Below the pieces are notes generated by a model. The model was not told where the DNA came from and ran no database searches. It worked only from the letters and a program-made list of their open reading frames with translations. A stretch of DNA of 64,000 nucleotides, from assembly GCA_030265395.1 (NCBI GenBank), contig JARFYF010000074.1, positions 45,440,956-45,504,955 of the forward strand, written 5' to 3'. The position numbers and the translations under genes are program-made. Origin of the DNA: Rhina ancylostomus (taxonomy: Eukaryota). Of this stretch, positions 49,919 to 62,589 are shown piece by piece (position 1 is the stretch's first letter; each line of letters begins with the position of its first letter).

Positions 49919-50717
49919 CTGCAAGAAATTAGACAAAGTGATTCCAATTTCGTCTATAAGGCTTTCTCACATAAAGGAAGTGGAGATATTAGGAAAACTA
50001 TTGCACTGGATATAATCAATACAGGCAGCTAGAAACTCAGTGAGAAAATAAAAATACATTTGCACCTATATTAGTGTGTAAATCACACACAAAAAAAAAA
50101 TTGGTTCTCTTTGTGTCCACCCAAGGCAGAAGCAATACCCATCAAGAAATTGGACCAACTGCTTCCCGTTAGCAATCACTTTTTCATGGGTGTTATTGGC
50201 CCACGGGTATTATTTCACACATGATGATGTAATCAACGAGCAGAGCACGAGTTTCCAACGCACTGACTGAAACTGGATCAAATGTGATCTTCAATTCTCT
50301 CTCATGGTAAAGGAAGAAGCAAACCACACAGCAATTCAGGAACCATCTATCCGTGCCGGGATGTCAATTTTATCATTCATTCTCACATTGATTTCCACAT
50401 CCTGCCTTTCTTTTTCTTCCTGACAGGCAACACCAGTAAAAATTGCAGCATATGAGTACTCCATGCAAGGTGCTGTGATGTTTGGTCCCAGTGATCACAA
50501 TGGTAGCATTGTGTGTGGGGGCCCCCCCATCATGCACCACTGAACTAGTTATCGTTCCTACCCCACCCACACTGACCCTCCCTCTCCATTCCCACCCATC
50601 CCTTTGTTTTTTTTCATTCCTGAGGGCCAACATGGAGAGTTCACCTACTCCCTTCTCAGAAGTTCAATCTGTATTCTTTGGAGTTCAGAAGAATGAGGGA
50701 TCATCTTTTAAATTGAA

Positions 50718-50954
50718 ATTTTTAAAATTTTATTTACAGCGTGGTAACAGGCCCTTCTGGCCCAATGAGTCCACGCTGCCCATTTTAAACCCCAAATTAA
50801 CCTACCCGTATGTCTTTGGAAATGTGGGAGGAAACCGGAGCACCCAGAGGAAACCCACGCAGACACGGGAGAACGTACAAACAGGCAGCAGCGGGAATCA
50901 AACCCGGGTCGCTGGCGCTGTAATAGCGTTGTGCTAACCACTATGCTACCGTGC
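50718..50954 (-). mobile_element. V-SINE (same subfamily as the 9591 and 24364 copies)
   Basis: Reverse-complement match to the 9591 copy including A/B boxes and V domain. Confidence 0.88.
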
Positions 50955-50959
50955 TCATT

Positions 50960-51320
50960 GAAAAGATCCTGAGGTAGGATGAGAAGGTAGATGCTGAGGT
51001 GATTTCACTGACAGGAGAACCTCGAACGAGGAGACATAATTACAAGATAAGGAGGCGATCATTTAAAGTCGAGGTGTGTACGAGATACTCAGAGGTGGCA
51101 AATCCTTGGAGTTCTCTACACCAGAAAGTTGTGGAGGCTGGATCATTGGCGGTATTTAAGAAAAAGAAGTCGATGAATCTTTGAGAGAATAAGGGAACAA
51201 GGGCATTGGGAAACAGTCACAGGAGCGGAGACGAGGCCTGGAGCAGCTCAACTATGATGTCGTCGAATGGCACAAGGGGCCAAGGGGCCTCCTCCTCCTA
51301 TTTTCTTGTGTTCTCATGTC
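50960..51320 (+). mobile_element. CR1 3' end fragment
   Basis: GEPRTRRHNYKIR…W.SL.QKVVEAGSL.VFK (ORF 50999-51184). Confidence 0.75.
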
Positions 51321-51799
51321 TGTTCAGTCAGCAGCCAGCTGTGAAAGACATGCCAGTTTCTACCGCTTATGAATGCAGAAAGTCACGATTGTGATTTCTT
51401 GAAGCTAGGATGTCCCGTGGCTGTTTCGATGATCTTCTGACTCGGCATGAGGCCCAGACACCGCACCCACTTAGCACCCCAAAAACAGGGGAAAGCCAAT
51501 TTCTTGCCAAATAAGCTTTTCTCAACTTTGTGATTTTCTTTTCTGCATCATCTTTACAGTGAAACTTAAAATAGGAACCCTGGATGGACTGGTGGTTTTA
51601 GAAATCATTCAGCTTAAAGTAGTTGACCTAGCCTTTAAATTCAACATCTATTTACCCCATTTATTGCTGCACCACAACAAATTAATGTGTTACATTCCAA
51701 ATGCACTCCCTCTCTCAAATTGTTTCCAGTTTTCTTCAGAGTTATATTTTCCCCATCATCTCTGCTGGCCTTCATTTCCTTATTTCTCCATTTTTCTTC

Positions 51800-52392
51800 T
51801 GGTTTTTGCACATTCTCCCTGTGACCGTGTGGGTTTCTCCCAGGTGCTCAGATTTCCTCCAACATCCCAAAGACAAGCGAGTGGTAGATTAACTGCCCCT
51901 ATCGTAAAGGAGTGGTGGATTCCAGAGGAAGTTGAGGGGAATGTGGGAAGAATAAAAACAGGGTTAGTGAAGGATAAGTGTAAATGGGGTTCTTGATGGT
52001 TGGCGCAGGTTTGACGGGCTGAAGGGCCGGTTTCTGCACTGCATGATTCTTTTAGAAAGGGCGACCCAGTGGCGCAGCTAGAAGAGCCAGCAACAGCAGA
52101 GACCTAGCTTCAGTCTTGACCTCCAGAGCAGTCTGTGTGGAGGCTGCATGTTCTCCCTTTGACTGCATGGGTTTCCTCCAGGTGCTCTAGTTTCTTACCA
52201 CAGCCCAATAACATGCAGGTTTGAGGGTTAGTTAGCCTCTATTGTGTAGCTGGGTGGTAGAATCTGGGATGGGGGCAAGAGTTGCTGAGAAACTGGGGAA
52301 AATAAAACAAGAGGATTAGTGTAAATATGTGGTTGATGGTTAAACGGACTTGGTGTGCTGAAGGGCCAGTTTCTGTGCTGTATGATTCTGTA
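51800..52392 (+). mobile_element. Two adjacent older V-SINE copies (5'-truncated about 51800-52050; near full length about 52059-52392)
   Basis: Two successive V domains (GGGTTTC..C.GGTGCTC…TTTC) each followed by a GAAGGGCC.GTTTCTG tail. Confidence 0.75.
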
Positions 52393-52613
52393 ACTTAATC
52401 CAAATTAAAATAAAGGTTCATTCCCTTTTTTAAACTTAAACCAGTCTCCTTCCTAACAGCAGAGCAACAGCATTAAGACGACTGGAAGAGCAAGAAGAAA
52501 AAAAAAGATACCCCACATGAACTCTGCTTGCATTCAATTTCTATCGCATTTTCTGGGGGTGTTTGCAGGGCAGGAGAAAACATTAAAGTTTACCACTGTA
52601 TGTAAATACATAC

Positions 52614-52673
52614 CCTTGTCTTGCCGATTGCAGTGCAGTCCACCCTTTCCTTTTCTGAAACTTCCCACGTGAT
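52614..52673 (-). CDS. SEMA4F: Semaphorin-4F-like exon (60 nt)
   Basis: gacag|ATC…AGG|gtatgt; ITWEVSEKERVDCTAIGKTR (W…C..GK motif); phase 0->0. Confidence 0.88.
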
Positions 52674-53194
52674 CTGTCACAGAAACAGACCCCTGTAAAT
52701 TGAGGGATGCAAAGAATGCGGCAAGCAAATAGAGAATATAATTGTCAGCGTGATCTCTGCAATTTATCCCTGACCTTAAAGACCCAATTTAGGACACAGT
52801 GGAAATGATTGAGCTGCAGAGCCACATTAAAGTGAAATCAAACTGTTACTGCAGTTGACTGATAAAGTGGGCAAAACAGTACTTTTCAATTCACAAGTAG
52901 ATGTTTGGGTATTTACATTTCAAACTAATATTGTTCAATGAAGGACAGACAGTGCCTGAAAGTCATTGACAACTTGTTAAGGGTGAGAAGAGTAATCGAT
53001 ATTGCCACTGGGAACATTTAGAATTTATGGGCACCTACCATTCACCTTGTAAGCAGTTGCTCAAACATTTTGCAGGCTTTAGAGCAAAGTGTTGTTCTGA
53101 TCCATCAATCCACCCATCACAAGAAATCTATAGTATGTGAGTAGGAAAGAAGCCAAGTGGCTGCTCTACCAAACACATTACAGAATTCTCACCG

Positions 53195-53425
53195 AGACCT
53201 TCACACAGAGGATGGTGGGTATATGGAACAGGCTGCCAGATGAAGTGGTAGAGGCAAGTACCATTACACCATTTAAAAGACATTTGGACAGATACATGGA
53301 TAGGAATGGTCTAGAGGGATATGGGCCAAATGCAGGCAATTGGAATGAGCTTAGGAAGACACCTTGGTCAGCATGGAAGCGTTGGGCCAAAGGGCCTGGT
53401 TTCATGTTGTGCAACTCTATGACAT
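53195..53425 (+). mobile_element. CR1 3' end fragment
   Basis: FTQRMVGIWNRLPDEVVEASTITPFKRHLDRYM. Confidence 0.85.
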
Positions 53426-56400
53426 GTCCAGTCCAAACAAAGACGCATAAAAGAGAAGCTGTATATTAGATTTAAATCACATATGGAAAGTGGAATTAAA
53501 AACATTTAGTTTCATTCTTTATACCATCAGTACCCACCTGACCCCCGCTGTCCAGGAATAAATACAGAAAATGCTGCAAACACTCAGCAGGTCAGGCAGC
53601 ATCAGTGCTAGAAGAACAGAGTTAACCCTTCAGGTCCAAGGCCCCACAGCAAAACTGGGAAAGAGACTGTTGGATTCTCTAGCAGTAGACACCAGTTTGA
53701 TGGGAATGATCAGGAGCCAACTAACCACAAACACCATACTTCAAGGGGAAGAAAAAAGCAGATCTACCAGCACCTGAAGGCTGAGCGTTAACAAAAAAAA
53801 AAGCCTCGACCTAAGGAACAGATGGTGGATGGAAAGAGAACAGCAAATCATTGATAGCAACATGCAGTGTCATCAAAACCATCTATGGCTCAAACACTCC
53901 TGGGTCCCTGCTCCCCAGCTACTCAAAGTGTAGAAGGAACAACTGGGGAGGGACTGAGCACCTCAAGTCTGCAACAGGAGCTCACAGAATTGCAAGCAGT
54001 GGAAAGAGCACACAATATATCAAACAACACAGCTATCTGTTCTGACAAGCTTCACCTGCCCCATCTATAGCAGAATCTATGGATCCCATAGATGGCTCAG
54101 CAGCAATGGGGTAAGAGCCAATTATCCTCAATCCCAGGGCACTGCCTAAAAAGATGGTAGGATAAGGCAAGACGCATGTTTGGCAGTAGATGGCTTGTGT
54201 TTCACGTAATCGACTACAAATATACATTGCACTGCCGAGTCAGTGTCTGAGGTGTTACAATGCGTAGGTATTGAATATAATGTCATAATCTATTTAATGT
54301 GGTATAGTTCCCAATGATTTCTATTAAAATATACATATACAAAGTCAGTGAACACTTCTGTCTCATGGTGCTCAAAAGGAGTGAAGATAGATAGATTGAT
54401 GCCAATGTTATGCTAAGCTTCATCTGGAGGGCCAAAATGACTTGACAATGAAATCTATGATTCAGCCCAGTGAATGAGGGGACAACATTCCCATTGGTTG
54501 GGCAAAGAATATTCCCTCTATAGCCCTTTTAGCTTAGGAGTTGGTTAGTACACATACTTGAATCATGTTAACATCCAAGCAACTGGTCTGAAGCCCTTCC
54601 TAATGTCATGGTCAAATCTGTACACTATATGCTCCCACAGCCAAATTTCAATGATTATTCACCTGTGTACTTGTTATGAGAAGAGTGGCATTCCAACACA
54701 CAAGTGAATCTCTTTACTGTTAAAATACAAGGTGTGTCAGGTCACATGTTACTGCTGCTCTCTGGTTAGCAATACATTTTATTAATGCCACTCGTACTAA
54801 TGATACAGTAAACATTAATGGGGCTGTGTCACTGTGTCCTGGAAGGTATCAGGTTACACAGTTCAGCAGATGACCACAAGATTAATATCAGTAAATGGAA
54901 TGCTGAGCTATGAATTGGTACGGTGAAGATTTTGTAAATTAAAATTTTATAGTAGCTTTGAAGATTATGTTGGGATTTCTCAACAGAAGAACAGTATTCA
55001 AGGGTGTAACCATAAAGTTGAAATATTGCAAATTACCTACAAATCTACAGTTTTGAATGCTCCAATGTTAGAAAGAGCATTAGGTTATGCCAGGATTATT
55101 AATAATTATAAAGAAACTGGAGAAACTGGGAATAATGCTATTGGACCAGAATGCCAAGAGGGATTTATCAGAGGAGATGAAAATTATGAACCATGTTAAT
55201 AGTGTAAATGGCGACAGAATGCTTTCTCTGCTTGGGAAGTCAAGAATGGAGGTTGTCAGTTTAAAATTTTCTCTCGGTAGAGAGAAGATAAATTCCTTTA
55301 GAGAGCGGTTGTACAGAGACTGAAATGCATTGCCAGAGGGAAAGTGATTTAGTTAGACACCACTGTATAGACCCATGAGCACTCAAAGGAAGCATTATGT
55401 ACCTAGAGTCTGTACATCAGGAGCACACAGAAGCCCAGCATTAACACCAGAGGGAATGCACTACTTCAAACAACCCACCCATCCAATCAGGATGGAAGGA
55501 TTCAGAATAATCAAACACTGATGATATAAGCATTTGCTTGCATGACAGAAATATGGTCACTGAGTGGATAGTTTGGATGCAGTTGTCTTTTTTCTGAAGC
55601 AGCATTTCTATAGATTGGGGCAACTATTTGACACATTGAAATTAGCCTGAATTTCACTCTCTTAGTCCCCAACAATATCAGTACAGCTCAGTTTCTATTT
55701 TTTTCATTCTGCAGCTGACAATTACTCAGAGTTCATCTATAATGTAATTCTCATGCTTCAGAACTATGGTACAAAAAGGCACTCTGTTTGAATTTTGCCT
55801 TCAGGGAACTGTGTTTTGATCCAGCTGCCTCTGATAAGACAGACGTCTTCTATCTCTAGCAAAGCGGCGCATTGCGGATCCTGGAATTCTGGGGAAAGAA
55901 AGATAAATATGCTAGAAATATTTTACAAGTCTGGCAACATCTGTGGAGAGAGAAGCAAACTTGTTTCAGGCTGATGAATTTCAAAAGACCTACAAAAAAG
56001 TTAAAATTGTAATATATGTATGGTTCTTTGTCTGATGGCATCAGTACCAAGAATATAATGAATCACATAGAGAAATGGAGAACTCCTACAACCAGTGCAC
56101 GCTTGTTTCACCATCTAACTATTCAGCACACAAGTTATATGTCAATGTCACACATTAATGTACTCTGCTTTCCTCTTTTTGAAAAAGCCATTCAAAAATT
56201 CATATTATTTACAGATTTAACCTATTCATAGGTTTTCTATGGGCGTTTGATTTTATCATGAGAACAGGTTTCTGTTATATCCTTTTGTTAACTCAAGGAT
56301 GGTTTCATTTCTTGACTCAACTCAGTGTGATCTTGTGGTGTTTCTTCCACAATCTCCTCAGTGTCAACCACTAGTATATTCACCTGTAGTTCTCTTGCAG

Positions 56401-56799
56401 AAGTTAGAGAATTACTTGTATACAATTTGCTCTCCTATTTCCAGGACATCTCTCTCTAAATCTCACAGTTTCAATGTCATTCATTTTATCTTTTCCCAAT
56501 ATCAAGTTTGCAAGGTGGGGTTAGCAAACAAACCCTATCAAGTGTTTGGGTCATAATTTCATTTCTATCTCAACTGCTTCACTTCCAACATTCCCTTAAG
56601 ATTTGGCTGAGCTAAATTCAAATGTACTTCAAGTCATGTGCTTTATGCAGGAACTAGCAGCATTCAGTATAAGTTTAGCCACAAGTTTTCAAACTTATAA
56701 GTATTCTTATAAAGACTTATTTCTTCAGTGCTTCTTTGAGAATTTTCACATCATTTGTAATTGGATGATATAGTGAAACAAGTGTGTGCTTAATACCAT

Positions 56800-58900
56800 T
56801 TTGTCTCATAAATCAAATCAAACAAATGAACAAAGCTATGAGCTATTATCCAAGAGCAGTTATCCTGGTTAGTCATTACATCAGAAAATGGACTTCCATT
56901 CACACATTGCTCTATTGTTTTTACAGAACCCAAAACATTTCACTTCAATAGATTTTGAGTGACTGTGAATACCAAGAGGTTTCAAAATAATCCCTTTTCC
57001 ACAATAAACAACGTGTACTCTTTGAAACATCTTGCTAACCATTTCCACCTCTTAACATGCCCTCTATGCCTTGGCTCTACAATCTTGACAGACAGTATAG
57101 TTGCCTGCTAGCAAGATCGTTGTTGGAACCAGAGCAATAAACAAAGCTTCTGGCCATAGTCATTGTGCACAGAATGCCAGAATATTCAGTGTAAAACTCT
57201 CCCAAAATTTATCTTCTTAACACACCACATGACCAAGCTGTGTCCCAATTAACATAACCTTGTTCCATTAACAACCTATTTCAGTCGTGTCTTCATCTGG
57301 ACCATTGTCTGATTCAGACAGCTCTTTTAAAGTTTCTCATATTCATATCTACAATTTTCAATACAAAGATTATCCTTCCACAGCCTCTCACTGAATCTAA
57401 CGCATGTTTCATTTTCTTCAATAACTGTTGTAATGACGTCAGTCCTGTGGCAAGATCTTGCCTACTGTTCCACGTGTAGGAACGCTCAGTGCTCCGCTGT
57501 GGTTCAGGTTTCCTTGCTTTCACAATTTCTTCCACTTTAATAAAAAAATCAGAAAATGTTGGAAATGCTCAATGGGTCAGTGGCACACGTGGAAGGAGGA
57601 ACAGAGTTAATGCTGCAGACCATGACCCTTCATCAGAACTGCCTGACCTGTTGAGAGTTTCCAACATTTGTCTTTATTTCAGCATTCCAGCATCTGCAGC
57701 TTTTTGATTTTCCTTTAACTGTCAATGTTGAGGTCAATTAGCATAATCAGCTACAATCACGGTTGGTTTTATTTGTTGATCATTGTAACCAACTAAACAT
57801 TTCATCTGGCCTAACATCTTCAATATTTCACCCAAATACACTGGACTATATATTTCATCTGTCACACCTGGCAGAACTGACCTAGACCTGAACTGACCTT
57901 GCTCATAATCGGTAAGTGTACTGTGTCAATGCTCTGACTGTTAAATTGTACTTTGCCTTGAAGTCACTCTATTCCAACACCACCAGTGGAGGCACAGATT
58001 GCATGTGAGCCCAGTTCTCAATTGTTCTTACCGGCTTCAATACTGTGTAAACTTCTGTGGCTTTTTACTGTAAAACTTCCTTAAAGTTAAGAAATCACAT
58101 TTCTGAAATTGCTTTGGCTAACTATCCTGGTTTTACAGTTGGACACCAAAGAGGTGTTCATTTTTCTGACAATTAAAACATTTTGCCATTTTACATCAAT
58201 GTACATATAATGGCTTTCATTCCTCTGTTGAAGCCTTGTCTGCATTCTTCAGAACTCCAGCTATCACTCCTGCTCTGTGACCATAAGCAGCCACTGTATT
58301 TGTACCTTGCAGTAGATAAAGTTCTTCAGCATTCTTCAATGCCATTTTCATAGATGTCACAGTTTTGCGTACAAGATCAAAGGTCAGATTCCCTGTGGTT
58401 AATAACTTTGACTGAATTCACTCATTGATTAAACCACCAACTCATCGCTCTGAGCATGGTCCAAAAAGTTTCAATGCGCTAAAACCTTCCACGAGACTAT
58501 ACAACAGTTGATGGCCTTGTCTAAATTCTAATATGCAACTCCACACAAACTTCAAGGGTTCAGGGTTGCTAGGACCCTGTAAATTTTGCACTAGTCCACT
58601 AACACATCTTTTGCTTTCCATGGCATTTGAAGATCTGCTGAAGTATTGTACACTTCAGAACCTATTTCCTTTAACAGAAAGGCTTCTGTGCACCACTGTG
58701 AAGGGCTGTTTCATACACCTGTATTCTTACCATCAATATCAATTTCCACAGTGTTATTTGCTCTAAAAGAGATTTCCACATGTTCTATTTTTGCACTGAA
58801 AGACTCATGCAGTTGATCATATGCACTGAAAGGACTCCAATGTAACCAGCTTGAGTCTGAGCAGCCAATTTGTCCTCTTCTCCTTCTGACAAATCACACC
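56800..58900 (-). mobile_element. Decayed Ty3/Gypsy element (gag, CCHC knuckle, protease and integrase remnants)
   Basis: GYIGVLSAYD…FRANN, EIGSEVY, IQSKLLTTGNLTFD…SM..A (about 58330-58870); KCFNCQKNEHL (about 58150-58185); IDT protease-like (about 57925); integrase-like LH…GI..TM.MARS.VY and NGSPF (about 56885-57200). Confidence 0.7.
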
Positions 58901-59499
58901 AAAATGCAGGAAGATTCCTACTGTGTCCTACCCATTTTGTTTATTGATTGCATCCTGTGATTCATTCGACTACAACGCCTTTCTTAATGTGATTCCCACA
59001 GCATTGGACCCATTGAAAGCTCTCTCATTTCAGTACATACACCCCTGAAGTTGCTTCACTGGCTGCACTGCATCCTCACTCCTCCCCATAAGTAGTACAT
59101 CAGTCCTCATGCAAAGTAATCATCCAGCAACCTCTCAAGCAGCGCTGTTCCTGCCTCTCATGGAGATTTCGGCCAGTATTCTTTTCCGTGCCCACGTTTG
59201 CTGGCTCTTGGCGAGGATTAGCTGCAGTTCTGCTAAGCCACACTGCTGGTGCCTCATTCTGCTGCTGTTGTCACTAAATCTGTCAGCTCGTTCTTATGTT
59301 TTCTTTAAGCAAACTCTGTCAGATTCTCACCGCTAATACCTACGAGGATTCGTTTTGTAATGCTGAAGAGTTTACAGAGTGTTTTCAGGAGTGTTTCTTG
59401 GAACACCACGGTCTGGATCCAAACAGAGAGCAGGTTATACTAAGAATGGAGATACGAGAGAGTGCAGATGCTGGAATCTGGAGCTTTGGAGGAAAACCT

Positions 59500-60380
59500 C
59501 TTTGAAGTGGTTTTGAAGGAACTGAGCAATGTTTGTTGCAGCAGGTCATACCAAACCTAGTGTTGTGTAATGAGACAGAATTAATGATCTCTCAAGAAGG
59601 CATCCCAAGCTAGCAGTGATCGTAATATGATTGAATTTTATGTTCAGTTTGGGGGAAAGAGAAGAATGGGACCAAACCTAGCATCTTAAACCTATTATTA
59701 GCACATGGAAGCAGAGCTATACATACATTACACCAAGAAGGAAAAATTCAGGTGAGGGCTTGGTGTGACCCAAAATCCATGGTTAACAAAGATGGTATCA
59801 AACTGAAACAAAAGCATTTGATTGCAGAAAGACGACTGGAAGGTCTGAAGACTGGGCAGAATTTAAAAGTCAGAAAAAAAAATGTCTACAAGGTTAATGA
59901 GGTAAAAACTAGAGTATGAGCAAGCCAGAAAAATGAAAACAGAAAGCAAGAGTCTCTACAGATATTGTAAAAAAAAGTCTGGGGATTTAGTAATCAAAGA
60001 CAAGGAGAGAGCAGTTGAATTAGAGATCTCTTGCATTAGTTTTCACTTGAGAAGCAATGGTTCAGAAATAGGTCTAAGTTAGGAATTGGAAAGTAGGGAG
60101 GATTCAGGGAAATTACAAATCACCTGACAAGTGATACTAAGCAAATTGTTGGAGTTGAGCTGACAGGGCTCCAGTCCTAATACACCTGCCCTCAGGTATT
60201 GAAAGGAGTGGCTAGTGAGATAGTATGGTCATTTTTATTTTCCAAAATTCCTTAGATATCATTGTAGAAAGTTTTAATGTAATCGGGCAAACTCAACTTG
60301 ATTTTTAGAAAGGGAAATCACGTTTAAGCAATTTATTGGTGTTCTTTAAAGAATTAACATGTCCTGTGGATAAATGTGCA
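59500..60380 (+). mobile_element. Heavily decayed CR1 ORF2 fragment
   Basis: Remnants such as PWLTK, L.GVASEI…IFQNSLD and F.KGKS.LSNLLVFFKELT. Confidence 0.6.
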
Positions 60381-62431
60381 AGTCAATATTTTGGGTTAAG
60401 ACCTTGCATTAGGACATGATGAATCCTGATGCAGAGTTTTGACCCTAAACATCGACCTACACCTTTTGCCTCCATGGATGCTGCTTCAACACCAAGTTNN
60501 NNNNNNNNNNNNNNNNNNNNNNNNNNNNNNNNNNNNNNNNNNNNNNNNNNNNNNNNNNNNNNNNNNNNNNNNNNNNNNNNNNNNNNNNNNNNNNNNNNNN
60601 NNNNNNNNNNNNNNNNNNNNNNNNNNNNNNNNNNNNNNNNNNNNNNNNNNNNNNNNNNNNNNNNNNNNNNNNNNNNNNNNNNNNNNNNNNNNNNNNNNNN
60701 NNNNNNNNNNNNNNNNNNNNNNNNNNNNNNNNNNNNNNNNNNNNNNNNNNNNNNNNNNNNNNNNNNNNNNNNNNNNNNNNNNNNNNNNNNNNNNNNNNNN
60801 NNNNNNNNNNNNNNNNNNNNNNNNNNNNNNNNNNNNNNNNNNNNNNNNNNNNNNNNNNNNNNNNNNNNNNNNNNNNNNNNNNNNNNNNNNNNNNNNNNNN
60901 NNNNNNNNNNNNNNNNNNNNNNNNNNNNNNNNNNNNNNNNNNNNNNNNNNNNNNNNNNNNNNNNNNNNNNNNNNNNNNNNNNNNNNNNNNNNNNNNNNNN
61001 NNNNNNNNNNNNNNNNNNNNNNNNNNNNNNNNNNNNNNNNNNNNNNNNNNNNNNNNNNNNNNNNNNNNNNNNNNNNNNNNNNNNNNNNNNNNNNNNNNNN
61101 NNNNNNNNNNNNNNNNNNNNNNNNNNNNNNNNNNNNNNNNNNNNNNNNNNNNNNNNNNNNNNNNNNNNNNNNNNNNNNNNNNNNNNNNNNNNNNNNNNNN
61201 CGTAAGGTATTAGTGTTTTTTATGAAAGGATATAATGTTTTTCAAGGTGCTCAAAGAGCTTTTTATACCTGCAATACGCATATTGTCTAATGAGTAAAAG
61301 CTAGTCAAGTTAGCTTATATCTGCTGGAACTCATAAGAGAGAGCTTCCAGGATCTGGGTGTTGCCAGCAAGGTCAGCATTCATTGTCCATTCCCAATTGC
61401 CTCTGAAGGACTTGTTGGAGCATATAACAGTCAATCACATGGGATGGGTCTGGAGTCACACATCAGCCAAACCAAGTAAGGTTGACAGACATTTTCCCCC
61501 ACCTGAAAGCCTTAAATAAATCAGATGAGTTGCTGCTGGATTTGAGCTCATGATTTCTAATATCTTTCTTTTTCACATTCCAGTTTATTCACTGAACCTA
61601 AATTTGGCCACTGCCCCTTTTGGATATGAACTCAGGTCCCTATATTGTTCATCCAAACCTCTGCATAATTAGCCACTAAGAGACATGGATAACTGTTAGG
61701 ACACATGAACGTATTTTATTTATCCACTCTCTATCAGTGCGCAGATACATCATACACACCACACATTTCCACACACCGTGGTAAGATTTCAAGCATGTAC
61801 TGATACACAGAAAGAAAACAGGAAAGGACAAAAGGGAAGGATTGTAATAAAGTAAAAAAAACAGTTAAACAATAAAAGGGATGATAGTGCAAGACCAGAG
61901 TGGTAATTGGTTAAGCAAAAAAAATATAGACCTAAAGGAGATGCAATTGGGTGTATCAGAACATTCACTAACACACTCAGTCCCCAAAACAAGAGAGTAA
62001 TAGTTATGGTCTGAAAAATTGTCAAGTTCAGTGTTATCTGGAAGGCTGTAATTCATCAGCCTGAAATATTAACTATTTCCCTCTTTACAGATGCTGCTTG
62101 ATCTGCTGAGTATTTCTAGCATTTTCTCTTTTTTAATTTCAGGTTTCTAGCATTCATAGTATTTTGCTTCTGTGCAAACTGTAACCGTTATAGCATAAAG
62201 GGAAAATAGATGCGGTAAGATCCAATCCACTTGAGACTGCCATTTTATACCCTTTGGCACTCCGTGTTTTGGTCAAATCTGGACGCTCACCCACCTGAAT
62301 ATCTTCCTTCAGGTTAATAAATTCATCTGCATCTAAATCAGACATTTACTGATCTCACAAACAACCAGAAGTCCCACGGGGATGGAACGCACTCTAAAAT
62401 AGTGGATACAAGATAGTCGCTTTACACTCAC

Positions 62432-62589
62432 CGCTGCCTTAACCTCTTGAGTCACTCTGGTAAGACTGAGTGCAAACAAGGTGCCCCTGGCTCCCACGTA
62501 CAGAGTGTTCTCCCTCTTTCCCAGCAAGAATGTCCTGTAGTCAGACACACCCTTTTGGGAGAAGCGCTGGACAATGGGTGCATGGAGAT
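62432..62589 (-). CDS. SEMA4F: Semaphorin-4F-like, first visible coding exon (equivalent to exon 2), start of Sema domain
   Basis: tgcag|AT CTC CAT…GCG|gtgagt; translates LHAPIVQRFSQKGVSDYRTFLLGKRENTLYVGARGTLFALSLTRVTQEVKAA, containing the semaphorin LYVGAR motif; phase 1->0. Confidence 0.9.
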
